Assembly: GCF_009914755.1 (NCBI RefSeq)
Contig: NC_060927.1
DNA from: the human T2T-CHM13v2.0 reference genome, Homo sapiens
Strand: one strand, 5' to 3'
Length of the DNA stretch: 64,000 nt
Both the position numbers and the translations under genes were made by a program. This document shows positions 44,987-57,889 of this stretch, piece by piece. Below the pieces are notes generated by a model. That model was not told the DNA's origin and did no database searches. It saw nothing but the letters and a program-made list of their open reading frames with translations. Positions within the stretch are counted from its first letter, which is position 1; every line of letters begins with the position of its first letter.

Positions 44987-47900
44987 TCACATTTCCGCCA
45001 AGGGGAAAGTATGCTGTGGTCTCAAGTTTTCAGTCATCTTCCTACCTCTTCTGTGTGGTAGAAGACCCCAGTGCAACAGAAAACTCTCTTCTGCACTAAA
45101 GGAGGCTGAGGAGGGATATTTGCTCTGGTTTGATGATGGAGGGAGGTGGGAGACAGACAGGGAGGGATGAAGAGGGAAAACAATAGTTTCAACTCTCTGC
45201 TGGAGCTCTCTTATTTTTACTGAAATATCTAAAGGCAGTTTTACTCCTTAACATGATGACTCCCTGTCTTCTACACGATAAATGTACATTCACATTAATA
45301 TAACTTAAATCTCATTTCTTACAAACAAGTAACCTTAGCCTAAAATAGCATGTGCCTGTCTTGGGAGCTTCCTTACATTGTACACAGTTTTCCTCCCTCA
45401 ACTGATGATGAAGAACACCTTGTTCAAATGTCCTCTTTCTAATTCCTACTTCTCTCCTCTTGGTCCACAACTGGTTTGCAGTGTGACAGAGGTGTGGCAG
45501 CACCTCAGTTCAGGTACCCTCAATAAAATCAACTAAGGAGAAAAATGAACCTTTATAGGTCAAGTTGCCTCCAAAGATGCTTAGAAAGACTAAAGCACTG
45601 GGAAGTCTGACACTGACTTCTTGCCCCACTCCAGGTCATTTTGCCCATAATTCTTAGAGACTCCTTTTGCCTCTCAATGACAACATGCGTTTTTCTTGCT
45701 TAGTAAAAATGTTATGTAAGCACTGTTTTCTCTCATCAACACATTATTCAGAAAAGGACAGAAAATATTAATGTCTCATTCAAAGATTTCACTATATTGA
45801 AACTGCAATTTAAAGTTTTACAGAGGATAACAATTAATTTATTACAAGTCTGTCATTGCAACTTCTTAAAACCACAAATAGTATACTCTCTAGGCACCAT
45901 TTTCTCTAAATTGTAGGGTTGGGGAGGGAGGCTTGCTGTTTTTTACATAAAAGAACTCTAATAGCTACAAGGACCCCTGTTGAAAATTAGCTTTTGTAAA
46001 ATCAGCCATCTGTACAGACAGAAAGTACACAGACAGCTTAATTTGCCTAATCGACAACTTTAAACCTTCATTCCCAAACCCATAACACATTCCAACTCAT
46101 TAAAAGTGGTATTGCCTATGTTTGTTATCTGTGAATAGTGCCAGCTGATGCTACAAAAGATAGCAATCTGAGCAAAGCATCCTTTTTGGGAATAAAACAA
46201 CAGCTGCTGTCCAGGCAACAGTATTATTTATTATGTTCAATTACTAAAGCAAAAGAAAATATAAAGTGTCTGAAATGGGCCAGCTAATAAACACCCACTA
46301 TTTACTGCTTAATCACCACCAGGAAATATTTTACATCATAAACAGCTGATAAAGAGAACATTTTTATTATTCTCACTAAACACAGAGGTGTTTCTCAGTC
46401 AAGACACTCAATTCATACTTTAAATCCCACTCCTCCTTCAACAAGAATCATTCATGAGCACCTCCTATGTGCCAGGCACTAATCCTTTCTGAGATATCCA
46501 TATGTTCAACATTTAGTGAGTTCTAAATTTTTCATATTCCAAAACATATGATCGTTTTACATGAAATCTAATTTCTTATGATGTTAATCAGTAGATATAT
46601 TCTTTAAATTAATGGTCACATTTTAAATCTAATCCCATTAGGTGAATTCATTTTAAGCAAATGTGAATTAGCTCCTACACCATGGACAACACAGATTTCC
46701 CTCTGGAATAACTGTCTCCTGAAGTCTTTCATTAAAACTAACCTCAAATAAAGCTCAAGGCAAGAAGAAACCCCCCAAATCGTTTTGCCACTCCAGAACC
46801 CACTTTGAAGCCCCAACAAGCGAAATGGAGTTTGAATAGTTAATTATATTCTATTAAACATGCCAATAGCTTTATCAAAATATATGTGTTTGCCAGGTTA
46901 GGAAGGCAGGTCGCTTACCTGTTTCCTGATTTCAACTTGCTCTGACAGCAAGGTTATTGGAAAGGTCAGGACACAGCGATGACTCAGTGCTGGGAGTACG
47001 TGGGTTTGGAATGGTTTCCTGCCTCTACATGAAGCATCACAGAAAGCCACCAAAATTGTTCGACTTCGGGAAATGGCGGGGGTAAGATGAACCCAGCTGG
47101 CAATACAGTAAAACTCACTTTATCCCACAACAGCACAGTCAAGCCAGCCTCCACTTCTGAGCTGTTTCACTAATTTCCTGAAAATCTTCTGAGACCTTAT
47201 TTCATCTGTTAGAAGACAAACCTGATTTAAGTAAAGTTCAAAATCCTTTGGAGGCACAGGTGTTCAAACTAGAAAACATAAGAATCACCTGGAGTGTCTC
47301 ATCCCAGTCCTTCTGAATCAATATCTTTGTGGGGTTGCGGGTGGGGAGTGCACTTGTTTATAAGTATTTCGGAAAGAGTTAATACTGTTGTAAAAACACT
47401 GATCTAAAATGCAAACCTACTCCCTAATGAACAGGTATAAGAAATGACTGCTTCATTCTTTTCACTAAAAGAAATCAGATAGGTGTTTAAAGTCCCTTGG
47501 AAGAAAAAGCTACCAAAAGAAAAAGAGTTGAGGTCTGTCTCTGGCTGACAGCTAGATCACTTTTAACTTTAACCCAGACCAACTAATACCAGCATTTCTT
47601 CAAATATGATGCCATCGACTCTACTTAGTTAAATCCTAGAAAGAAGAAGAGTGAGAGAAAATGTCACAACCCTAAAACTGATTTCCACCATTTTGAGCTT
47701 TTGGTACAGAAAAAGCTTGGACTAAGAGCATGATTCGGAAGAGAAGAGTAAAGGAGTTAGTGTTCCTCATAATCAGAGAACTGAAGTCCTTAAAATCAGA
47801 CTCAGAGCTCCAGAATGGGTGAGACAAAAGCAGAATGTGTCAGATGCCAGCTGTGTCCTTCATATCTCAGACCTCAGCTTGGTGCTCCCCTTTGATTGGG

Positions 47901-48112
47901 AGAAAGTCCCATACACCAGCAGGCCACACCAACACACTCCTCTCATAAACCAAGGGGATATGAGGTCATCCTGTAGCCTACCTTCATCTTACCCACCTCC
48001 ATCTTCCCCTTAGTTTTTGCAAAGGTGTGGTGTAAGCCAATGCCATTTTGCTGGAGCATGATTAACTGGAAATATATTGAAGTAAACATAAGCATTAACT
48101 TCACTTTAAGTT

Positions 48113-48607
48113 AATTGGTGGTTAATTTTATGTGTCAACTTTAGTGGGACCTGGAGTACCAAGAATAAACCTTATTTCCGGGTATGTCTGTGAGGGTGTT
48201 TCCAGGTGAGATTAGTATTTTAGTGAACTCAGTAAAGGAGATTCCCCTCCCCAGTGTGAGTGGGAATCATCCAATCCATTGAGAGCCTAAGTAGAACAAA
48301 CAGGCAGAGGAAGGGGGAATTTGCTCTCTTGCCTGAATGCTTGAGCTGGGGCATCAGTCTTCTGCTCTTGATGGAGATTTACACTATTAGTGTTCTGGTT
48401 CTCAGAACTATTCCACCAGCTTTCTTGGGTCCCCAGCTTATAGACAGAAAATTGTAGGACTTCTCAGCCTCTATATTTGCTGAGCCAATTCCTTAAAACT
48501 TTTTAAATATACATACATACATACATATACATCTATATGTACATACATCTGTATAGGTACATACACATATACTATTGGTTCTATTTCCCTGGAGAACCCT
48601 AACACAC
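48113..48607 (+). mobile_element. MLT2B-like ERVL LTR
   Basis: tggttaattttatgtgtcaactt...gtgagggtgtttcc...catccaatccattgag...attggttctatttccctggagaaccct. Confidence 0.85.
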
Positions 48608-49764
48608 AAATCTAATCTGAACTCCAGACTAAATATCTAACAAGCATCTTAGAGAAGATAAGATCAATAGGCCAATATTTGGTCCTTTCAGTGGTTTGTC
48701 TAGTAATTCCCTTGGAGACACATCAGTGCTGACCCTCTTTTGTCCCCTCAGCACAGGTTGGTAGAGCTGACATAAGTCTCTGACCAAGTCTTAAACCAAG
48801 CTTGTGGCAGGCAAGTATAAAATAAATCTGAGACTTCTGAGATCTAGCTAAGACTTCTTATGAAGAGATCAGAAACTCAAAATATTGACTACAGCTGGGA
48901 CTAAACTAAAGTCAAAATACCCATGAAAAGGCTAAGCCTTGGCTTGAGCTCATCTGACCACAAATGGACAATGACAAGTCTGTCACCTCAACATGCTGGC
49001 CTCCTGGTCAATTAGAGTCAACATGCTGGCCTCCGGCAGAGTGGGAGACATCCAGAAAGGACAGCAGGAGGTATGGTAAGTGGAAGAGTCAGTAAACATC
49101 CTTGGATGCAGGTGACCCACAGGAGTCAATGTAAGCAAATAGCACCTAGGCAAAACTGCCCCGTAACTGCCAGAAATTATGGCGATACTTTTGGATCCCC
49201 ACATTTGAAGAACAAAGGGTGTAAGTGGAAAATCCCTACTGAAAGCTAACTTATGTATTTATCTAACTTATTTATATATACTTACGTATGTATCTTATAA
49301 ACGAGGCCTACCACTCACACAAGATCAACAAATGAGTCTACATATGGCAAGCAGCCTTGTCAGTTTCAGAGTGTAATTAGTATGAAGGCTAATTAATTTG
49401 GTTTTATCATATTTATATTGATTAGTATAAATCAGTAATGACTGCCTGTCCCATATTTCAGATATTCCCAGGAGTGATAAAAGAGAAATTAAATCGCCAA
49501 AAGTGGAGTTATACATTAGATCTAAACATCACTATGGCTCCTGCTTCCTTCCCACTCACTCTAAACCTCAGTGCCTGATGGCCTAGACTCTTTATAACTT
49601 GACGCTACCTTAAATGCCTGGTTATTTCCTAGCCTCAGCCTCTGTGCCAGGCATGAAAGCCTCTCTCTTTTGTGCAAGTCACCACACACGGTGCCTCCTC
49701 TCCTTTACTCATGCCATTCCTTTAACTTATCATTCTTGTCCCTCTGCCTCTCCTGGTGCACTTG

Positions 49765-50300
49765 CATGAGTTAAGTCTGTTTGGATTGCAAGCAACAGAA
49801 ACCCAACCCAAATGTCTTAAGTAAAAATAAGAATGCATTGGCTTACATAACTAAAATGTAAAGAGTAACACTGGTTTCAGGCACAGCTGGATTCAGCAGC
49901 TCAAATGATGTCACCAGGTTCAGTTCCTCTGCATCTCAGCTCTTCCCTACACTGAGTTGACTCCATTTTCAGTCATGCTGCCCCTTGTGGAGGAAAATGA
50001 CTGCAGTTGAAAAGAGAGGACCCTTCATGACAACTCAAAAAGTTCTTGATTGAGTCTTATTAGCTCTGATTGACCTGAATTGGGTCATGTGTTCATCCCT
50101 GAACCAACGGTGGCCAGAGGAAGGAATACATTGGTGACTTACCATTTGGTCATATGATACCCATGGAGACAAGAGTGGAGTCAAGGTCATCTGAAACACA
50201 TGGGCTGAAAGTGGCAAAGTGGCAGTTAGTTCTCCAGAGCAAAATCAGAATATTGTTATCGTAAGAAGGGAGAGTGAGAGTTGGGGGCAATACAACAGAG
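49765..50300 (-). mobile_element. Old MLT1J/K-like LTR
   Basis: ggattgcaagcaacagaaacccaac...ggtttcaggcacagctggattcag...gctctgattgacctg. Confidence 0.65.
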
Positions 50301-50798
50301 ACCCTCTCTACACCTATACATCTTTTGGGGCCTGGCCATGTTTCTTCTCTTCAGAAGAGTTCCAATTCAATTTTTTTATACTTACTGTGAATATTAAACT
50401 ATTAGCTCATGTTTTAGAACTTTATTCACTAACTGACCTATGTGTGCCTATTTTATTTCTCCAACTACACTGAAAGCTCCTTCTGGGCAAAGACCATGGC
50501 ATTTCTCTTTTTGTATTCTCTCACTGGCATTCGATAAATAATTAACTTTGTACCAGGCACCGTATCCTGAGAATTTCATAGGTGTGGTTTTCGGCTTCTT
50601 AAAATCCCACAATCCAAAACCAGTCACAGTGAAGAAATATAGGTATCAAATGAAAAAGGCATTAGCCTGAAACAAGAAAACATTGATTTTTAAGGTGTTA
50701 TTACTTACTACTACCTGTACCTACTTCCCCAAGAAGGTTTTCGTTTCATGTGTCTTGGAATAACATGACATAAAACTACCAAGATGATGGTACAAGAT

Positions 50799-50999
50799 CA
50801 ATGCTGTGTCCAAGGGAGAGATTACAGTCATGAGTTCTTAGTTTCTGTTTTGCTTGGGCCAGTAAAGCCCCTTCCTCATCCCTCTTTTCCACATATCACT
50901 AGAGACAGAAGCTAAAAACCATGGCTTCAGGCTGCTAAAATCCTAAAACAAAACAAAACAGAACAACCAAAACAAAATAAGTTGTGTTGGACAAGCTTG
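50799..50999. mobile_element. MER107-like hAT MITE
   Basis: gtgtccaagggagag...cagtaaagccccttcctcatccc...ccatggcttcaggctgc...gttggacaagcttg. Confidence 0.7.
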
Positions 51000-51152
51000 G
51001 TATAGATGTAGAAAGTGGCCCCAAATTCCCTGCAAGGAAAGGGACTTTGCCATATGACTATGGCAAAATTAGTTAGACATACGGTAAGCAGTGTTAGCCC
51101 TGCTGTAAACCTTGAATACAAATTCTACATTATACTATGATTGCATGGATAG

Positions 51153-51503
51153 TGATATAGTTTGACTGTGTCCCCGTAAAATCTCAATTTGAATTGTATC
51201 TCCCAGAATTTCCACGTGTTGTGGGAGGGATCTAAGGGGAATAATTGAATCACGGGGGCCGATCTTTCCCGTGCTATTCTTGTGATAGTGAATAAGTCTC
51301 ACGAGATCTGATGGGTTTATCGGGGTTTCTGCTTTTGCTTCTTCCTCATTTTTCTCTTGCCACCGCCATGTAAGAAGTGCCTTTTGCCTCCTGCCATGAT
51401 TCTAAGGCCTCCTCAGCCATGTGGAACTGTAAGTCCAATTAAACCTCTTTTGTTCCCAGTTTCAGGTATGTTTTTATCAGCAGCATGAAAATGAACTAAT
51501 AAA
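51153..51503 (+). mobile_element. THE1A solo LTR
   Basis: Close match to 3212-3565; perfect 5-bp TSD gatag (51148-51152, 51504-51508). Confidence 0.93.
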
Positions 51504-53159
51504 GATAGTTTTAACAGCACTACTTCTTCTCACAGCCACCACCAACAAACACACAATAACAACCACAAAAATCCAGAGGATTCTCTTTCTCTCTTTGTGA
51601 GCTCTATGCTGCCTCACTTCCATCTTTAAAAAGAAGCAGAGGATCTGACTCCAGGCCAGTGTGATCCAGGGAGTCAGGTTGACAGGTTAATACATTCAAA
51701 CTCTCTGCCCCTCTCCTTAGAGATTCTAACCTTGTTCTATGTCCCCATTGGGAATTGATTTGCCTACATGTCAGGGATTAGACTGTATTGGGAACATCAT
51801 GGTTGAAAGTGAAACTGAGCCCTGGCTTCCTGTGAAAGCATTCAAGAAACCAGTTTCTTGAAACTAGTACGATTCTAGCCCCAGCATATTTTCAGTTTCT
51901 GGTATTTCCATTAGGTAGAAAAAAAATAGAATCTTGAAGCCAGGTCTCTCTTTTTTCCCCTCTTTTAACAACTAAACTGCTTTATACTAGCTTTTCCAAT
52001 TGTACATTTTATGAAGCAACAGGAACAAACTGTTAAATTGGTGGGAGGTCACAAAAAAAGTCCCAGGGACCCAATAGCCTGAGTTGTTCAGGTAGAGGAT
52101 GCAGGTCCCACATCCTAATGCACCTTCTTAATCTCCTTGGAATCTTTAAAATGCTATTTAAATGTACTATGCTGCTTTCTAAGTGTTAACCATGACAGAT
52201 ATAGGCTCAAATTGCAGGCTGAGAAATGAAAGATTTGGAGATTTTAAAATAATAATATTGTCTCATATGTATTCTTTTTAAATAATTCAGCAAATACGTA
52301 CTGAGTTCCTGCTGCATGATAGGCATCGTGCTAACAGCTGAGTACAACAAAGAACCAGTCTGACCGATGAGTTTCCCAATTAGTAAAGATTTTCTCCAGA
52401 GAGCTTTATAAACAGGGTGTGCTCTTCCACTCTCACTGTGAGCTTGAGTTGGGTAAGCTCACTAATCCAGGGATGCTAGCGCTATGATTCTGAAGTGCTC
52501 ACCCACCCGCATAACCACATCCATCCACTCAAGACGCCCCTAAGGCTACGTACGGATCAGTCCCACTGACCAAGTTTCCTTTCTGAGTTTCCACAGGTGA
52601 CATCTTCAGTTTCAAATCAAACAAGGTCATCTGGTAGCACATTTCTTAGGGGGGATTAATTTGTCAGACTGCAATTTCCTTGAGGACTTGCCTCACTGTT
52701 CAGATAATATCTGGTAAGCATGTCACTGTCTTCAGAGGAAGAGTGCAATATAAACACCAAACTTCTGGTGTGGTTGTTTCCTCGTTGTCTATATTCTCAC
52801 TCTTTGAGTTCCCTTTATTAGAGTTTTTTGCTTGCAGGATCCTGCATTCTTCCTGTTGGTATTTAATCTGTACGCAGAACTGGGCAGGGAGAGAAGGGTA
52901 AAAGTAGTGGCACATTTTGCCATGAGACAGGAGCCCAAATGCTCTGAGCTTCAGGATTTCTTCCAGTTCCATGATTTGAACAAGAGCAGACTGAATACAG
53001 GAAATTACATATAGCTAAAGCATTCTTTCTTCACGTCTGTTATGCCCTTGGTGGGCCCAATAGGATGCCAGTGGGGTTCCGGAGTCCAAGCCAATGGTAC
53101 ACAAAGTGACAATGCCTAAGGTGAGTTTAAATTCTACCCAGAGAAATGGATCAAAACCA

Positions 53160-53430
53160 GGAAAGTGTCACAAAAAGACAAATACAGTATGATTCCACTC
53201 ATATGAGGTACTTAGAGTAGCAAATTCATAAAGACAGAAAGTAGAATGGTTGTCAGGGCCTGTGGGGAGGCAGCAATATTTAATGGGTACACAGTTTCAG
53301 TTTTGCAAGATGCAAAGAGTGCTGGAAATTGGTCTCACAACAGTGCGAATGTACTTAACACTGTTGAGCTGTACACTTAAAAATGATTCACATGAAAAAT
53401 TTTATGTATATTTTACTACAATTTTAAGAA
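53160..53430 (+). mobile_element. L1MB 3'UTR fragment
   Basis: gacaaatacagtatgattccactcatatgaggtac...tgtacacttaaaaatg. Confidence 0.8.
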
Positions 53431-53474
53431 ACAGAAAGGCCAAGTATTCTGGTAGATTAAAACTGCTTTAGTGA

Positions 53475-53900
53475 TGTATGTTTATTGCAGCACTATTTAT
53501 AACAGCAAAGACAAGGAGTCGACCCAGGTGTCCATCAACAATGGACTGGATAAAGAAAATTTGCTACAGATACACCATGGAATACTATGCAGCCATAAAG
53601 AAGTATGTTCTATTGGGTACACCTGGGCACAAAGGTGGGCACAATAAACACTGGGAATTTTATTTATTTTATTTTAAGTTCTGGAATACATCTGCAGGAC
53701 ATGCAGGTTTGTTACATAAGAGGGAATTTTAAAAGCAGAGAGGGAAAGAGTGGGGCAAGGGCTGAAAAACTATCCACCAGGTACTATGTTCACTACACGG
53801 GTGGCAGGATCATTAGAAGCCCAAACCTTAGCAGCACACAATATACCCATGTAACAAATCTGCACATGTACCCCCTGAACCTAAAATTTAAAAAAATTAA
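53475..53900 (+). mobile_element. L1PB-like 3' end with nested antisense L1PA stub
   Basis: MFIAALFITAKT...CPSTMDWIKK; gctgaaaaacta...catgtaccccctgaacctaaaa. Confidence 0.85.
53662..53721 (-). mobile_element. About 60-bp L1PA (older, PA8A-13-like) 3' stub
   Basis: tttaagttctggaatacatctgcaggacatgcaggtttgttacata; TSD gggaatttt at 53653-53661 and 53722-53730. Confidence 0.8.
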
Positions 53901-54549
53901 TGCTTTAGTGAGGAAAAAAATGGAAAGCAAAGCCCCAAAACAGTCAGGAGCAGGGTACTCACGGGATGGGAGCAAGGGCTGCAGAGAAGAGACAGTGCCC
54001 AGGACTGTTTTTCAAAATCAAGGTTTTATGTTCAAAATTTGCTGTTATTGGGAGCTGACCATGCAATACTAGCTGGTTGTCCTGGTTTGGAGTCACCAGT
54101 CACAGTGGGCATATTAGACATTATTGAACACCTCCAGTCTGCATTAGAGAGGAGGCATGTACCTCAGAGACACGTGGTTTCAAATTTTAGGTCCAACTTC
54201 AGAACAGAGCAAAACTTTTCAAATTATGTTTAACATGTTATTCCTTTGGACCTCACCAAATTGATCAGGAGCTTCAGAAAGTAAAGCATTTCTTCTTTGG
54301 TTAATGGCCTCCAGGAAGCAGAAAGAGAAGGAAAGGATTAAAATGACATGGCAAAAAAAAAAGAGTCAAAGAAAAATATTGAGTGTTACATTGTTCCATA
54401 ACATTTTTACTATTTATTTAGAAATTCTTTGTGATGTTTGCAATTTTGCTTCTCAAAAATAATCTGGTCACTCCAAATTTAGACCAATAAAGATTTTCAG
54501 GCTGGAAACCACTATACCACCCTCTTCAGAGTGCCATAAATGTGTCTCC

Positions 54550-55540
54550 TGGACTTCAAGCTCAACCTTTGCAAAACTGAAGATAGACCAAACATACTTT
54601 TCCTCCTGAGTTCTCTTTCCCAGTAATGACACCAGCATCCTCGCAGCCACCCTTGAACTTGAAATATTGGAGTCAAAGAACTTCTCCTCAACCCACACCA
54701 ATTTGGTTGCCTAAGCCCTTCAACTGTGCCTTAAGGATACTTGCCACATCCATCTCCTCCTCTCCACTGCCTCTGCCTCTGATCTAATTCAGTTCTTAAC
54801 ATCAATCTTTTGCTTGGTATGCTGCTAGAGCTTCCTAAAGGGTCCCAGCTTTCACTCTCCTGGTTTCCACTCCAACTTTTTAATAGCCATGGGGGTTGCA
54901 AGCTTATACTCCCTCCTTAAATACCTTCAGTGGTTTTGTTTGGATGATCAAAGTCCAAAGTACTTAGTCTCAATTTTATGTTCCCACAAAAACTTTTTCA
55001 AAACTTCTCTCTTAGCCCCATCTTCTGCTATATCCTTTTAGGTACCTATGCTTTGCCATATCCAACTACTCACCATTCCCCAAACATGCTAGGAAATTGT
55101 ACACATCTGTGCTTTGATTATATAAGCTCTTCCCTCAACCAGGATGTTTTTATCTTCCCCATCTTTTTCACTCATTGAAATTCTACCCATCTTTTATAGT
55201 GTATCACAAACACTATCTCCTCCATGAAACTTCTAAGATTTCTCATTGGAATGAATCATTTCTTGTTCACACTCAACTGCTATTAAATGCCTAATATGAT
55301 ATTTTGGGTACCAAGTCACAGGTCCTGTTTCAGAAAGCTAACAGTGAGCCATAAAGAAAACATACTATAGTTTTTCTGTTATTCTTGCCTATATTTGTTG
55401 TTTACATTTTTATCTTGCCAGTAAGATGTTAAATTTCTTTATGTTAGAAGACACATCTCATTAACTTCCTTTAAACCACTATTGATGTAGTAACAGTGTT
55501 TTGAATTTAATAGGTACTCAATAAAAATAAATGAATGGAA
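54550..55540 (+). mobile_element. L2 3' portion
   Basis: catctcctcctctccactgcc...taggtactcaataaaaataaatgaatg. Confidence 0.65.
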
Positions 55541-56419
55541 TAATTCATCTTTACATCCTAATTTACTATGTCATTACGTTCTAGCCTTTTAAAGCAACAA
55601 AAGATATGATTTCACCTTTGTGTTTCATTCTTACCAAGGAATTCAAAGTTACTCATTTTGACACTTTTTAAGGCCAGTGGCTAGACACAACTTAATATAT
55701 AATAAGTAGTAGCTTTTCTCTTTCCCAGCAACATCTAGTCAGAAGTGAGGGGGAAAAAATCTAATTCACATTAGCTACAAAATTGTAAAATATTTGAGAA
55801 TAAATTTACCAAGAAGGATACAGCACCAATATAAAAACATAACTACAACATTTTATTGAAGGGCATAAAACTAGTTCTGAATAAATAGAAAGATATACCA
55901 TGTCTCTGGAAAGTAATAATTAAAATATTAAAAATATAACTTTTCAAAATTAATACATAAATTTAAATCTACTCCACTTGGCAAAAAAAAAAAAAAATTC
56001 AGTGGATTTGCCAAGTTGTATAAAATCAAGCTATATATGCATCTCAAAAATGTTACATACATTCCTAAAAGTAATACTTATTTTTTAAACACCAGTGCCA
56101 CTAGCCTTATGTACCAGAATATTATATGCAATCATATGGTATGGACATTTTCTAGGCATTTCCAAGAATGTTTTTAAAAAATTACATTCCTCCATAATGC
56201 TCTCTAGAGAGGCTGAATGTGCAGAAATTAGCAGCAAAATCTGCAGTTAATAATATATTCCAAATTCTTTTTTTTTTTTAAGATAGGTAACTATAGCTTT
56301 GAAGGACAACGCTGGAAAGAATTCCACAAGATCCATCAAAGAATCCTCTGCCATTTGTGAGCATTTGCCTTAACCAATGTTTAAAAGATGGTAGGAGGAA
56401 AGATGCAGGAGTGTCTTTG

Positions 56420-56775
56420 GTGGGTATCACAGATTATTATTCAGAACTATTCACACTCGCTATCTCAGACTTGGCCATGTGAATTGTTTTTGCCAAGAGA
56501 ACATTAGCCGGTGTGACATGGTCAAAAGCTTGCAAATTACTTGCATAACTAGCCTTGCTCCCTTTCACTTCTGCCATTTCTATGAGAAGAGCATCCATGA
56601 GTGAGCCTAAGGGTCCAGGAAAAAGAAAGACACTTGGGAAACAACTGCTCCAGCAAGACCACCCCAACTGGGCACAACCTGAAAAAAAACCCATAGACAT
56701 GTGAGCTAAATAAATGCTTACTGCAGTATGCTTCTTAGATTTGGGGCCTGTTTGCAATGCAACAATATAATACAG
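56420..56775 (+). mobile_element. MLT1I/J-like LTR
   Basis: gacttggccatgtga...gtgagctaaataaatgcttactg...gtttgcaatgcaacaatat. Confidence 0.6.
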
Positions 56776-56858
56776 TAAGCTCCCTCCCCCGTGTCACTGT
56801 AATCTGGCAAACAACATCTTCATCCTCACTTTCAGGCTTAGTCCCACACCTAATATCT

Positions 56859-57374
56859 TGTGCTAGATATCTCATATTTGTTCCTTCAAATCCATGCCCC
56901 ATCTTTCTCCAGCCTGCTTTCTTCTCAGGGACACTGACCTGGATGAACTGTGTTGACAGACTCCCTTTTCTCAGGTTTCCGGTAGGGCTCAGCCAATGGG
57001 AAGCCAGAAAAAAAAAGAGAGAGAGGGAGAGAGATTGCTAAGAGGGTGGAGAATGAGGTCTGGCATTTATTCCCTTGACTTCCTGCCTGTGATATCACCT
57101 TAGACTTGCTGTGTCTCTTGACCAAGCATCATTTCTCTCAAGGTGACTCCTCTGATTCCTTCTGCATTCTGGTAACAGCTCCCTCTCTTGTCTATCTGGG
57201 CCTAGAGTGGTAACGGTTCTACTGCCACTGATCCCAGGTTACTGCACCAATTCCTGGGGTCCCCTATTCCCCAGAACATTCACTTTTGCAGATGGTCCCC
57301 TTGCAAATAGATCTTTCTGGAAATGTCCTGATTTGTGTGTGTCACCTCTTTCCTGTTGGGATCCTGACTGATAC
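56859..57374 (+). mobile_element. LTR33-like ERVL LTR
   Basis: ggctcagccaatgggaagcc...gaggtctggcatttattcc...ttcctgttgggatcctgactgataca. Confidence 0.6.
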
Positions 57375-57889
57375 ATGTCCCCTCTGGATCTCTCACACCT
57401 TCTGCCTAGCATCACTTTTCTGATGACAGCTTACCTATTTTATTCTTCCTCTCATTTAGACTTTGACCTTATCAATCCACCCTGTCTGACTTAACGTCTC
57501 TTAGGTTGGACATGGTCAAAGAGTCAGTCATTGAGTATTTAATTGAGTATTTACTAAGTGTTACTAGGCAATAGAGATACAGCAGACTCTGCCTTCAAGG
57601 ACTTCATCATATAGTCAGAGAAATAGACAAATCAAATTAAAATACAATGTGGCAAGAACAATAATAGGGATATGCACAAAATGCTATAGAAGCCATAGAA
57701 AAAAGGTTATGTAACACAGGACATCCATAAAAAGTAGGAGCTATGTCAGTAATGATGACAGAGATAAGGTAATAATGTGTGGGAACTGTAGAGACAATTA
57801 ACAGTCAGGGAAATGCAGGGCTGTGTATTTCTAGGTGTGTACATTTGACCAGATACAATTATTTGTTTTACACATTGGAATTCCATAAA

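Noticed and set aside
51841-51862. 10-bp inverted repeat ttcaagaaac-ca-gtttcttgaa
   Set aside because: Short enough to arise by chance in 64 kb of AT-rich DNA; spacing does not match STAT (TTCN3GAA).
52700-52972. 90-aa minus-strand ORF (MELEEILKLRAFG...) as exon or pseudogene
   Set aside because: No family recognised, no poly(A) or TSD, and the length is compatible with chance.
53605-54072. 155-aa ORF
   Set aside because: Runs through L1PB 3'UTR, an antisense L1 stub and flank; chimeric by chance.
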